DNA from: an uncultured virus (IMG/VR IMGVR_UViG_3300027796_000194)
Taxonomy: Duplodnaviria; Heunggongvirae; Uroviricota; Caudoviricetes
Virus record (IMG/VR): IMGVR_UViG_3300027796_000194
Strand: one strand, 5' to 3'
DNA: 20,000 nt
Numbering within the stretch: position 1 is the stretch's first letter; each line of letters begins with the position of its first letter. A program made the translations under genes and the position numbers. This document shows positions 1 through 8,369 of this stretch, one piece after another. The notes under the pieces are model-generated. The model was not told the origin of the DNA, searched no databases, and saw nothing but the letters and a program-made list of their open reading frames with translations.

Positions 1-197
1 CAACCCAAACAACACAGAGATATGGTTAACACATTGATATAATGTGCATTTCTCTATTTTTGGGTAGGCCGTCTTTATCGAAAAACGCCATCCATTATAC
101 TCAAAACCGTTCTTTTCCATGAAGTTGCTCCTTTTCAATACTTCCCATATCGTTTTTTGCGCCTTCCTAAATTGGGAAGTCAGTTTTTCGCGTCCCG

Positions 198-692
198 TCA
201 AAAGAGAGAGCGAAGATTGTACTTTTCGCGCCCGAATTGGGCCGTTTCGGCCTGTTCATCCTTGATTTCCTCCGAAACCAGAACGCGATGAGCGGCCTCG
301 ACCAGCGAACGGACAAGATCGCCTTGGCCGCTGGGCGTATTGAGAAACGTTTCCTTATTCATGAAGCGGCGGTCGTCGCCGGATGCCTGACCCTCGCCGC
401 ACAAACGTCCGACAAAGACGATGGTTTGAGCGTTTTGGTTCTTGCGGCTCTTGGTCTTGATAACCGTCACGGGCTTCACGAGGCCGAGGGCCACGTTTGC
501 CGCTTCAAACACTTCACGCCGCGATGCGGCTTCGGCATCGTCGTCGTCCCACTCCACGCAGCCACCGGGCAAGACGAAACGGTTCTTGCTTTTAATCAGC
601 AACACGCGGTTCAAAGCGTCAAAGACGACGATTTTAACGTATCTGGGGTCGCTCTCGGCTTGCGCTTCAACCTGCATCTTGGCTTCAGGCAT
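198..692 (-). CDS. NUDIX-fold protein with degenerate Nudix box
   Basis: VKIVVFD..RVLLIK..LPGGCVEWDDDDAEAASRREVFEAANV resembles GX5EX7REUXEEXGU but has EA instead of EE. ATG 692 has GGAGG upstream and overlaps the upstream stop (ATGCCTGA). Confidence 0.75.
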   Translation of the reverse strand: MPEAKMQVEAQAESDPRYVKIVVFDALNRVLLIKSKNRFVLPGGCVEWDDDDAEAASRREVFEAANVALGLVKPVTVIKTKSRKNQNAQTIVFVGRLCGEGQASGDDRRFMNKETFLNTPSGQGDLVRSLVEAAHRVLVSEEIKDEQAETAQFGREKYNLRSLF

Positions 693-957
693 AACGCACC
701 TCCCGTTCATAAGAGGAACAGATGCCATTCGCGCGACACTTAAGCTCGATGGCGGCCAGCGCGTTGGCAAAGTGCCAAAGGACGGTTATGTCCTGACGCG
801 CAAAGCCCATCGTATGAAGATCCTGCTGTGTGCAATCGCCAGTTTCCAATGTCGCTCTGACGATGGCGTCAGCCATGCGCGCGACTGGCTCGAACCTCTT
901 GTCTGTCGTGGTTGTAATTTGATCCACGATGCGACGTGGGGGGCTGGCTTTAGTCAT
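685..957 (-). CDS. Small hypothetical protein, paralog of 2201..2437
   Basis: ATG 957 with GAGGAAGG upstream, overlapping stop of 950..1306. Contains GDCTQQDL..GF...I...W..AN. Confidence 0.7.
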   Translation of the reverse strand: MTKASPPRRIVDQITTTTDKRFEPVARMADAIVRATLETGDCTQQDLHTMGFARQDITVLWHFANALAAIELKCRANGICSSYEREVRYA

Positions 958-1306
958 GACCTTCCTCCCCGATTTCTGGGACAAAGGCCGTTACGCGAAC
1001 TGCTCCAGCGTAAGAAAGGGCCTGCAATTTGCCAACCGCGTCCTTTCCATCAGGAACGGTGACAAGCGTTTCATAGTGGACGAACTGAATGCCATGGCGC
1101 AGAAGGATTTCGACAATTGCCGCAATTGTTTCCTTCTTCGGTACATAAATCCCGTGCTCAATGTTCTTGATCGTCTCCGCAGACGTTCCCGCCTTTTGAG
1201 CAAGCTCATTGCGCGACCAGTCCAATAATCCTCTGGCCGCCCGCAACTGTTCAGGAACGATTGAGTAGTCCTTAAATTGCGGCTGCAATGGTTCGTACTT
1301 GGTCAT
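950..1306 (-). CDS. XRE-family HTH transcriptional regulator
   Basis: PEQLRAARGLLDWSRNELAQKAGTSAETIKNIEHG; ATGA overlap with upstream gene. Confidence 0.9.
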   Translation of the reverse strand: MTKYEPLQPQFKDYSIVPEQLRAARGLLDWSRNELAQKAGTSAETIKNIEHGIYVPKKETIAAIVEILLRHGIQFVHYETLVTVPDGKDAVGKLQALSYAGAVRVTAFVPEIGEEGHD

Positions 1307-1716
1307 TGCTGCCTCCCAGTCGCCCGATCCGCCAATAGCTTCGTGATAAGCCTTAAAAACCTGCGCTCATCCTTGTCGGCTATATTGACGTAGGCGCGCA
1401 AAAGCTCTTGATTCTCGCGCCCGTTAAAAAGTGTCAGATCCATTTTGAATGTCTGTTTCCCGACACCTTTCTCTTCGGTGAGTTTCTCGATAAAGCGCGA
1501 GGCCGATACGCCCAAACATTCCGCCATGTGCATCAGTCGGCTGACGCTAACGCGGTTGTCACCACGCTCGTACTTTTGGATTTGTTGGAAGGTGAGCCCA
1601 TTCATCGTTCCAAGTTTCTCTTGACTTATTCCGCAGGCAGTACGAGCTAACCGCAGAAGTTCGCCGAGCCGCAGATCAATTGGGTCGATGGATTTCTTTT
1701 CGAGAGAGGGTGTCAT
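1303..1716 (-). CDS. XRE-family HTH transcriptional regulator
   Basis: LGELLRLARTACGISQEKLG..GLTFQQIQKYERGDNRVSVSRL, a typical alphaproteobacterial XRE motif. Confidence 0.92.
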   Translation of the reverse strand: MTPSLEKKSIDPIDLRLGELLRLARTACGISQEKLGTMNGLTFQQIQKYERGDNRVSVSRLMHMAECLGVSASRFIEKLTEEKGVGKQTFKMDLTLFNGRENQELLRAYVNIADKDERRFLRLITKLLADRATGRQQ

Positions 1717-2225
1717 TGCCGGCCTCTCTTTGAAAAAGAAAGCGCGGCACCTATGCTTTCAAGGCAGTCCTGTTGAAACTCTGGGATGCTTTCCATGGCC
1801 GCTTTGACCGTGTTTTGAACCGTCCCGATTTCGGTGCGATAGTGAACAAGAAACTCTTCAGGCTCTAAAAAGAGCCGCGCAAATCTAGTGCGCATGGGGT
1901 CTTGACGCGCTATCCGAGCGGCGACGACTAACGTGCGGTGTTTGCGCCCCGTCGCATCTATCACGTCGATGGTGTTAAGAAGAATGAGGGTTCCCAACGT
2001 AACACAGGCAACTTCCCACGCCACGCGGTGCGCCGTGTCCAAGGCATCGCGATCATCCAAATCGAAAAAATCGGATGGAAGGCTGATGCCGTCTGCCGTT
2101 ACCAAGGTCAAGATGCGGCCCTTTTCGTCAAAGGCGATGACCTTCGTGCAATCAACGTCCTTTGTGTTGATGGCTTCCCTAAAATCGACAGGGACGCTTG
2201 TTATGCCGAAAGAAGTGTTTTCCAT
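1713..2225 (-). CDS. Highly degenerate NUDIX-like protein, paralog of 198..692
   Basis: TKVIAFDEKGRIL...LPSDFFDLDDRDALDTAHRVAWEVACVTLG aligns by eye with 198..692; Nudix Gly and most Glu residues lost. Confidence 0.6.
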   Translation of the reverse strand: MENTSFGITSVPVDFREAINTKDVDCTKVIAFDEKGRILTLVTADGISLPSDFFDLDDRDALDTAHRVAWEVACVTLGTLILLNTIDVIDATGRKHRTLVVAARIARQDPMRTRFARLFLEPEEFLVHYRTEIGTVQNTVKAAMESIPEFQQDCLESIGAALSFSKRGRQ

Positions 2226-2437
2226 TTGAAATTTTCCTGTAAATCAAATTGCGTGAAAAAGTTGGCCGCGTCCCAAAAGCGATCAATCTCTTCCGGCGAA
2301 AAAGCGTGAGACAAAAGATCTCCCTGCTCACAAGTCCCCTTCGTTTTGCGGATCGAAAGGACGGCCTCGACCATCTTCTGGCAGGAAGAAAAGTTTGAAG
2401 TTGCATCTTCTGAAAGAACGTCAATAATCATCATCAC
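2201..2437 (-). CDS. Small hypothetical protein, paralog of 685..957
   Basis: GTCEQGDLLSHAFSPEEIDRFWDAAN; first gene of a tightly overlapping leftward operon. Confidence 0.65.
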   Translation of the reverse strand: MMMIIDVLSEDATSNFSSCQKMVEAVLSIRKTKGTCEQGDLLSHAFSPEEIDRFWDAANFFTQFDLQENFKWKTLLSA

Positions 2438-2647
2438 TCTCTCTTTTCGCTTTCTCTCCGGCGTCGGTTATCGACCTCGCATAAGTCCATAAACGCCAGT
2501 TCTCCTGTCACAAACAACGTGTTTTTCCGTCGGTTTTCGGCGGTGTTTCTGTAGGTTTTCGTTAGTTTGAAGGAGGAAACGCAAACCCATCGAAAAGCGA
2601 CGGTCTAGCCGTTGGTTTTGTGCGCGGAGCCTGAAGCGTGAAGGCAT

Positions 2648-2675
2648 AAAAAATGCGGCCCGAAGGCCGCATTTT
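2648..2675 (-). terminator. Rho-independent terminator, possibly bidirectional
   Basis: Minus strand AAAATGCGGCC-TTCG-GGCCGCATTTTTT (UUCG loop, U-tract), about 20 nt after the stop of 2695..3423. Confidence 0.85.
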
Positions 2676-2694
2676 AGGGGGAAGAAAATTGGAA

Positions 2695-3423
2695 TTAAAC
2701 GGAGGCGTGGCCCAATGCTTTCATCAAATCTTCTGCGGCAGGTTGTCCGTCATGAGCTGCCTGTTTTAGTTTCTGGATAAAGTCCTTCAGCTTCTTCCCG
2801 CTCCAAATGTCCTGGAACTCTTCGCGAAGCTGTTGGGTGTTGCTGGGCATGTTGAAAATGACGAATTGGTAATCGCGCCCGTCTCGCGGGAGAATCAGCG
2901 CGTGTTTTCCTCCATACACATAGTATTGCGCCTTTCCCATGATGGCCGCAAAATCATATCGGATGTTCACAAGCGGGTCTGCTTTTTTCGGCAACCCGCC
3001 TTCATGCACGAGGCATTTAATGTTGACGTAGTTGCGTAGCGTTTTCACGCGAGCGCGGCCTTCTTCTTCGCTAAGGCCGAGCGTTTCAGCGATGATGTGG
3101 TAAGAGGGAGCAAAGGCCAGAATCTCATCAACGCCCGCATGGGCGGCTTGCAAAAGCTCATCATAAAGCCTCTGGCAACTATCTGCTCCTTCCAGCAATC
3201 TAAACTGGTCAGTGCGGCGGCGAACGCCTTCATTCGCTATGAATTCAAGCCCAGCGTTTTCAAAAGTTCCGCAAAGGCTGATCGTCGTGTTTCTGCGGGA
3301 GGCATAACCGCTTTCGATCTGGCGAATGGTCGTAATGCCGATTCCCGAACGGTCTGCAAGCTCTTCCTGAGACCAATTCAATATCGCCCTTGCGGCTCTA
3401 ACCTGTGTTGCTTGAAGTTGCAT
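2695..3423 (-). CDS. XRE HTH regulator with extra C-terminal putative sensor domain
   Basis: QVRAARAILNWSQEELADRSGIGITTIRQIESG followed by a domain containing YYVYGGKHALI; paralog of 4476..5123. Start may be 3435. Confidence 0.85.
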   Translation of the reverse strand: MQLQATQVRAARAILNWSQEELADRSGIGITTIRQIESGYASRRNTTISLCGTFENAGLEFIANEGVRRRTDQFRLLEGADSCQRLYDELLQAAHAGVDEILAFAPSYHIIAETLGLSEEEGRARVKTLRNYVNIKCLVHEGGLPKKADPLVNIRYDFAAIMGKAQYYVYGGKHALILPRDGRDYQFVIFNMPSNTQQLREEFQDIWSGKKLKDFIQKLKQAAHDGQPAAEDLMKALGHASV

Positions 3424-3456
3424 TGCTTTCCCCAAAAATAACTTTTTTCTCTATCT

Positions 3457-3840
3457 TCAGTTCATTATTCTTCTTGGGTCAAAATCGACCAGATAGTTAA
3501 TCACTTCCATGTACCTTTGCTTGGGGAGCATTCTAATTTCCTCAAGTCCGAATTGTTGTTCTACGATAGCGCAGGCTACCGCTTCGCTAAGTTTGTGCTC
3601 GTGCGCGACGTAGGCGACTAATGCACGAATTGACATAGCTTCGTTCTTGTTCACGTAATCATCGCCAACAAGGGCATCGAATTCTTCCATAAGCGCGTCT
3701 AAATGCTTTTGATAGACATTTGCCGAGCCATCCCTCTGGCAGCTAGTGTGTTCAGCAAAATATTCCTCGGCGGGCTTGGCATTCTCGATAAGGTCGCGGA
3801 TATTGTCTAATTTCTCTTTCATGGGAGAAGAATCCATCAT
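3457..3840 (-). CDS. Hypothetical protein with ORF6C-like (antirepressor-associated) C-terminus
   Basis: C-terminal QQFGLEEIRMLPKQRYMEVINYL resembles the ORF6C pattern; AAGGA upstream. Confidence 0.6.
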   Translation of the reverse strand: MMDSSPMKEKLDNIRDLIENAKPAEEYFAEHTSCQRDGSANVYQKHLDALMEEFDALVGDDYVNKNEAMSIRALVAYVAHEHKLSEAVACAIVEQQFGLEEIRMLPKQRYMEVINYLVDFDPRRIMN

Positions 3841-3851
3841 TGTGTTATCCT

Positions 3852-4223
3852 TTACGCCTGTGCAGTAGGCTCAATTGTTACGAGATACTCAACGGCGCGG
3901 ACAAAATCACATCGGCGCAGGTCTTCCATTTCCTCAACTTTCATTGTCGCTAAGAAATTGCATGCAGTAACCCAAAGCTCCTGACCCAAACGTTTAGCGC
4001 GGTATTTAACCATATCCATAATGGCAGTCATTTCATCGGCGCAAAGAGGGGCACTCAGGCGGTGCATGATGATGTCGTCTACAGTTGTCTCAGAAACAGT
4101 TTCTGTGGTTGTTTGCGGAAAGCTGCAAGGAAAAGACAAAATGATGGCCTTCTGGCCGGAGCAAGCATGATAGCTAGAGTTCTGCTCGCTCTGATTCTTA
4201 TAAGCTGTATTAAAATCAATCAT
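3852..4223 (-). CDS. Hypothetical protein, paralog of 3457..3840
   Basis: C-terminal MKVEEMEDLRRCDFVRAVEYL aligns with its neighbour; GGAG RBS upstream. Confidence 0.6.
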   Translation of the reverse strand: MIDFNTAYKNQSEQNSSYHACSGQKAIILSFPCSFPQTTTETVSETTVDDIIMHRLSAPLCADEMTAIMDMVKYRAKRLGQELWVTACNFLATMKVEEMEDLRRCDFVRAVEYLVTIEPTAQA

Positions 4224-4273
4224 TTAGTTATCTCCCCGAACAATGGATTGGTTCAAATATGTCCTGAATTGTA

Positions 4274-4411
4274 TAAACCGCAACTCGCTTCTCATTAAAC
4301 CGCAACTATCTTACGATTTGTTATATCATTGACACAAAGCGAAAGTCAATGTAGTTTTTGCCGCAAATTACTTTCGTTTCTGTTGACTTTGGGGCTGAAA
4401 TCGGGTAAAAA
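4274..4411. promoter_or_regulatory. Divergent promoter/operator region
   Basis: Direct repeat TAAACCGCAACT at 4274 and 4296; palindrome CATTGAC-N11-GTCAATG at 4327-4351; TTGACT-17-TAAAAA at 4383-4411. Confidence 0.55.
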
Positions 4412-4475
4412 GGGTCGTGCCTACCCATTTTCGGTACATAACTACCTAAAAATGGCAATCAAAGGGGAGGTCGTA

Positions 4476-5123
4476 ATGATTAGTGCTGCACAAGTTCGAG
4501 CTGCCCGCGCCTTATTGAAATGGGAGAATACCGATCTTGCCGAAAAGACAGGGTTCGGAAGCAATACCATTAGCCTTATTGAAAATGAGAAAACTCAGCC
4601 CCGCAGTTCAACTATGGAAAAGCTGCAATCCGTCTTTGAAGAGGCTGGGGTCGAATTTACGGGTAATGGCGGCGTCCAATGGGCTGGACATCAAGTCAGA
4701 ACCCTAACGGGGGTAAGCGGTCTTAAAGCCTTCTTCGATGATGTTAGGTATGTAGCGCAACATTCAACAGAAGAAATCGTTATCTGCGGCATTGCTGAAG
4801 AATATCTTGAAAAAAAGCTCGGAGATTTTGTTGATTACCAGCGAAAAGAGATGGCTTCATACGACAAACTAAGAATGAGATGTCTTATTGAAGAAAGCGA
4901 TCTCGATCTTGGCGCATCAGACTATTGTAAATATCGTTGGCAAGCTAAAGAAAATTTTTCAAATGTTCCTTTTTATATATATGGGGACAAAATGGCAATC
5001 ATCGTAACAACCGCACCGGAAGATCCTCTTATTCTTTTAATACAAAACAAAACCATTACGAGTGCCTATCGCCGTCAATTTGAAGCTATGTGGGCGGCGG
5101 CAAAAGAACCAAAAGTAAAATAA
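4476..5123 (+). CDS. XRE HTH regulator with C-terminal putative sensor domain
   Basis: MISAAQVRAARALLKW..DLAEKTG..TISLIENE; GGAGG 5 nt before ATG 4476; C-terminal PFYIYGDKMAII...YRRQFEAMW, reminiscent of TrmB/PLD-like effector domains. Confidence 0.85.
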   Translation: MISAAQVRAARALLKWENTDLAEKTGFGSNTISLIENEKTQPRSSTMEKLQSVFEEAGVEFTGNGGVQWAGHQVRTLTGVSGLKAFFDDVRYVAQHSTEEIVICGIAEEYLEKKLGDFVDYQRKEMASYDKLRMRCLIEESDLDLGASDYCKYRWQAKENFSNVPFYIYGDKMAIIVTTAPEDPLILLIQNKTITSAYRRQFEAMWAAAKEPKVK

Positions 5124-5135
5124 GGATCATTTATT

Positions 5136-6071
5136 ATGAACGCACAAATCCAAAAACAAATTGAGGCTTCTGCTTTTAATCAAGCCATACACGAATGGCT
5201 TTCCGGTCAAACTACAGGACATCTTGGCGCTTACATGTACACAGAGGATCGAGATGATCATCGCTGGAAAGATGGGCATAGCGCAGAATCCTATTATCTT
5301 GGCCGCGATGACAAAGCAACTTTTGATCTTGCCGTAAAAGAGCTCAACCTTAATGTGAAACATTTTTTTGATCTTGGCCCTGGCGGAGAAGCCTCTGTCC
5401 GAGCCAAAAGCCTTCCTTTCATGAAGGCGTTGGGTGCAACAGAATATTTCCCCGTTGATTTGTCCCCGACACTAGCGAATGAAGCGCTGTCAACTATGAA
5501 GATGAACATTCCTGCTGTGAGTGGGAAACCGTTAATCGCTGATTTTTTTGATAGTATCCCTGAGCACAGAAACAACTCCCTTCTTGCTATCGTGGGGGGA
5601 ACCATTGGCAATTTTGAAACACATACAAGCAAAGCAGATTTGCTAACCCGATTGTCAGAAATCTTCTCCATCTACAGAAGTGCTGTTGGCGAAAACAGTT
5701 ATTTTCTTGTTAGCTTTGATGCAAACACGAATGAAAAGGAAATTGTGGGCGCTTATGATTGTCCTCAATTCGATTATCTAATTCGGGGCTGCGTTGAGCG
5801 CGCGATTGATACCAACGGTTTTGATTATCATGTCAATTGGACGCCTGATAACTATCAGCTTGCCTTGGGATTTAAGTCCAATAGAGATCAAATAGTCTTT
5901 TTTGATGGTGCTCAATATGCAATCGAGGAAGGCGAATATCTGCCTGTCCTTAATTCCTATCGCTTCCCTGTTTCTTTTGTTGCCGAGGCTGCAAAAAAAG
6001 CAGGATGGGGTTATAAGAACACATGGTCGGCCACGGGGCGCACTCATTATATGTTATTTGCTGCTGTTTAG
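5136..6071 (+). CDS. EgtD-like (histidine/aromatic amino acid N-methyltransferase family) SAM-dependent methyltransferase
   Basis: Motifs YYLGRDD, FDLGPG, YFPVDLS, ADFF, GGTIGNFE, AYD and NSYRF in the EgtD order; 311 aa. Confidence 0.78.
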   Translation: MNAQIQKQIEASAFNQAIHEWLSGQTTGHLGAYMYTEDRDDHRWKDGHSAESYYLGRDDKATFDLAVKELNLNVKHFFDLGPGGEASVRAKSLPFMKALGATEYFPVDLSPTLANEALSTMKMNIPAVSGKPLIADFFDSIPEHRNNSLLAIVGGTIGNFETHTSKADLLTRLSEIFSIYRSAVGENSYFLVSFDANTNEKEIVGAYDCPQFDYLIRGCVERAIDTNGFDYHVNWTPDNYQLALGFKSNRDQIVFFDGAQYAIEEGEYLPVLNSYRFPVSFVAEAAKKAGWGYKNTWSATGRTHYMLFAAV

Positions 6072-6232
6072 TTTTAAGCCGTTTCTTGCAATAAACAGGT
6101 AACGACATTTACGTTTTTTGCTGGTTTTTCAACGCGATAAAAACCAGCCCTTTAATCAGCACGGCATCATTTTTCATTGCTTTTCAGGATATCCCCTGAA
6201 GCCAGTGCGATTTTTATTGCTTTCGCCGCAAT

Positions 6233-6252
6233 GTGTTGGCATATTACCAACA
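6233..6252. promoter_or_regulatory. Palindromic operator-like site, copy 1 (TGTTGG-N7-CCAACA)
   Basis: GTGTTGGCATATTACCAACA; exact reverse complement at 7186-7205; overlaps a possible TTGCTT-17-CATATT promoter. Confidence 0.7.
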
Positions 6253-6312
6253 TTGTTGCCCGCTGGGCAGTGGCCTAATTGAGGAGGAGCCTCTTCGCTG
6301 GAGAGGTCTGGT

Positions 6313-6594
6313 TTGTTTATGAGTTTTAAGAACGACTTGCTTCAGAATGGCGTAACAGAACAAAAAGCGGCTTATGTAACGCAAGGCTTCCTCGAATTAC
6401 TTAGCGGACAAATGACTCTTGCCTCGGAAGACGCAGACCTTGCCGTCAGTCTTTTCAAAGCTGGCCGAGCGGATGAGTTGAACGCCGCGCTTCAAGCGAT
6501 GGGGCGGAGACTTGCCGAAGCTGTCTTTTCGTATAGGACAGCCTCTTTGTTGATAGAAAAAGACGGTGATGACAGCCAGATCAGGCTGCTTTGA
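6313..6594 (+). CDS. Small hypothetical protein
   Basis: About 92 aa ORF with GGAGAGG upstream (ATG 6319 possible); stop directly abuts the stop of the convergent repressor-like gene. Confidence 0.55.
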   Translation: MFMSFKNDLLQNGVTEQKAAYVTQGFLELLSGQMTLASEDADLAVSLFKAGRADELNAALQAMGRRLAEAVFSYRTASLLIEKDGDDSQIRLL

Positions 6595-7008
6595 TTAAGC
6601 GGCCCCTTTTTGTTTTTGGGTCGTCCTCACGATAGAAAAAGCCAGTTCTCTTGTCTGCTCAACGCTTAAGTTATGGCGGATGGTATCGTTATAGATAAAC
6701 GAAATCCACGAAGCGAGTTCTTTGGGGCCGAGTATCGCGCCCACCTCTTCGCAAGCCTCAAAGATAAAACCTATCACAGAGCCTAAGAGCGCCTGATCGC
6801 AAGTCGAAGGCAACCCAAGATCAATATCAACGATTTCATTCGGTGAGAGATTCAGCACCCTGCTGAACTTAAGAAGCCACTCGATGGTGAGCTTTCTTTG
6901 TCCGTTTACAACGCGGCTGACCTCCGAATAATCCTCTCCCATCTGCTTTGCCAATGGGCGGATTCCGAGATCCCGTGTCGTCACAATTTCTTTAAGTCGA
7001 TGTTTCAT
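6595..7008 (-). CDS. XRE/Cro-cI-type HTH protein, candidate master repressor
   Basis: MKHRLKEI..LGIRPLAKQMGEDYSEVSRVVNGQRKLTIEWLLKFSRVL; divergent from the replication operon; no S24 peptidase domain seen. Confidence 0.82.
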   Translation of the reverse strand: MKHRLKEIVTTRDLGIRPLAKQMGEDYSEVSRVVNGQRKLTIEWLLKFSRVLNLSPNEIVDIDLGLPSTCDQALLGSVIGFIFEACEEVGAILGPKELASWISFIYNDTIRHNLSVEQTRELAFSIVRTTQKQKGAA

Positions 7009-7185
7009 ACCCTGATCATTCCCGAAGATTCCTGAGAGAACATTATAGACAGTTCTCGGCCTCATTTCAACGGAGACGATGCCATAACGCCAACGATATA
7101 GCAAGGCGGAAGCTGGCTGTTTTACTTTCGTTCACCATGAACCACGCTGTTTTTTAAACTTTTAGAAGATTCCTGCTTGCCTAGC

Positions 7186-7205
7186 TGTTGGTAATATGCC
7201 AACAC
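7186..7205. promoter_or_regulatory. Palindromic operator-like site, copy 2
   Basis: TGTTGGTAATATGCCAACAC between the repressor-like gene and the primase-like gene. Confidence 0.7.
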
Positions 7206-7303
7206 TTAGGAACGGGAACAAGCAAAGACAGAAATGATTCTGCCAGAAGGCCATACAGTTTTTGCTGATCGTTCTGATTTCTCTCACTTTTTCGGGTATT
7301 GCC

Positions 7304-8365
7304 ATGAACGAACGTAGGACAGATACGGACGCAATTGCGTCTGCTTTCAGAGAAAAAGCATCAGTAAAACGGGTCGAAGCCAATCGCTCGATCCGGCTTC
7401 AGGATATAGATCAAGCTAACGCGGCGCATGACCTTGTCGCACTGGTAAGCGAGAAAGTCCGCCTTGCCCGAAGTGGTGACACATGGCGCGGCTTTTGCCC
7501 CTTTCACGGCGATCAACGCCTTTCAACATTTACCGTTAACCCCAAGGCGAACCATTACGCCTGCTCTGTTTGTGGCGCGGAAGGTGACGCTCTTTCTTGG
7601 ATTATGGAAACTCAAGGATTGAGTTTTGCCCAAGTGGTAGCTCTGTCGCTTAAAAAGCCTCTCATCGAACCCCGTACCCAGCAAGAAACTATTGGCGCGG
7701 CGTTGCACTACGCGGACTTGCCCCCGTCTGACGAGGCCATCAGGCAGCATAAGCGTGAAATGGCAGAAAAAATCTGGAAAGAAAGTCGGTCGCCTGCACA
7801 CAGCCTTGTCGAACGCTATCTTTTTACGCGCGGGCTTATCTTCAACGACTCTTTTCCAGAGAGCATTCGTTTTCATTCAAATCTTTATCATGACCCCACC
7901 AGAATGCAATTTCCTGCAATGGTCGCTATGGCGCAAACCATAGACGGCGGGTTTGCCGGAATTCATCGCACCTATCTTGCTCCAAGCGGCATTGATACGG
8001 CGCATGTCGCGCAAGGCACCATTCGCCGCATGTTTGGTGAATGCTTCGGTGCTTATGTCCATGTTCAAGAGAGCAATCCAGAAAAAATCGTCATTACCGA
8101 GACGATTGAATCGGCGCTGACTATTGCGCGCGCCTGTCCAGACCTAACGGTCTATGCGTCAATGACCTTGAATAATCTGAAAGCACCTGTGCCAAAAGGG
8201 GCCAAGGAACTGATTTTGTGCCCAGAGGGGAACAACAGCAATCCGCATATGGCCGAGCGCATTTTGGTAGAAGCCTCGCTGGAGCATAGCCAGCGAGGAC
8301 ACCGCGTGTTTGTTGCTCGCGCTCCGCAAGGGTTGGAGTTTTCCGACCTGCTTTTGGTAGAATAG
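7304..8365 (+). CDS. Primase-like protein: CHC2 zinc finger plus phage/plasmid-type TOPRIM domain
   Basis: GFCPFHGD...F.VNP...YACSVCGAEGD; YLFTRG, IRFH, PAMVA, GIHRTYL; TOPRIM region ITETIESALT. Confidence 0.85.
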   Translation: MNERRTDTDAIASAFREKASVKRVEANRSIRLQDIDQANAAHDLVALVSEKVRLARSGDTWRGFCPFHGDQRLSTFTVNPKANHYACSVCGAEGDALSWIMETQGLSFAQVVALSLKKPLIEPRTQQETIGAALHYADLPPSDEAIRQHKREMAEKIWKESRSPAHSLVERYLFTRGLIFNDSFPESIRFHSNLYHDPTRMQFPAMVAMAQTIDGGFAGIHRTYLAPSGIDTAHVAQGTIRRMFGECFGAYVHVQESNPEKIVITETIESALTIARACPDLTVYASMTLNNLKAPVPKGAKELILCPEGNNSNPHMAERILVEASLEHSQRGHRVFVARAPQGLEFSDLLLVE

Positions 8366-8369
8366 GGGA

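Noticed and set aside
237..1228. Plus-strand ORFs 237..743, 442..1062 and 929..1228
   Set aside because: Antisense shadows of the tightly coupled minus-strand operon; no recognisable motifs.
4329..4475. Long N-terminal extension of the 4329..5123 ORF (similarly 7009..7104, 7262..7303, 9559..9615)
   Set aside because: Extensions overlap promoter-like DNA or upstream genes; downstream ATGs fit RBS, coupling or domain starts better.
6120..6148. Hairpin GCTGGTTTTT-N9-AAAAACCAGC after the EgtD-like gene
   Set aside because: Might be a terminator, but the stem is half A/T and the U-tract is short; not called.
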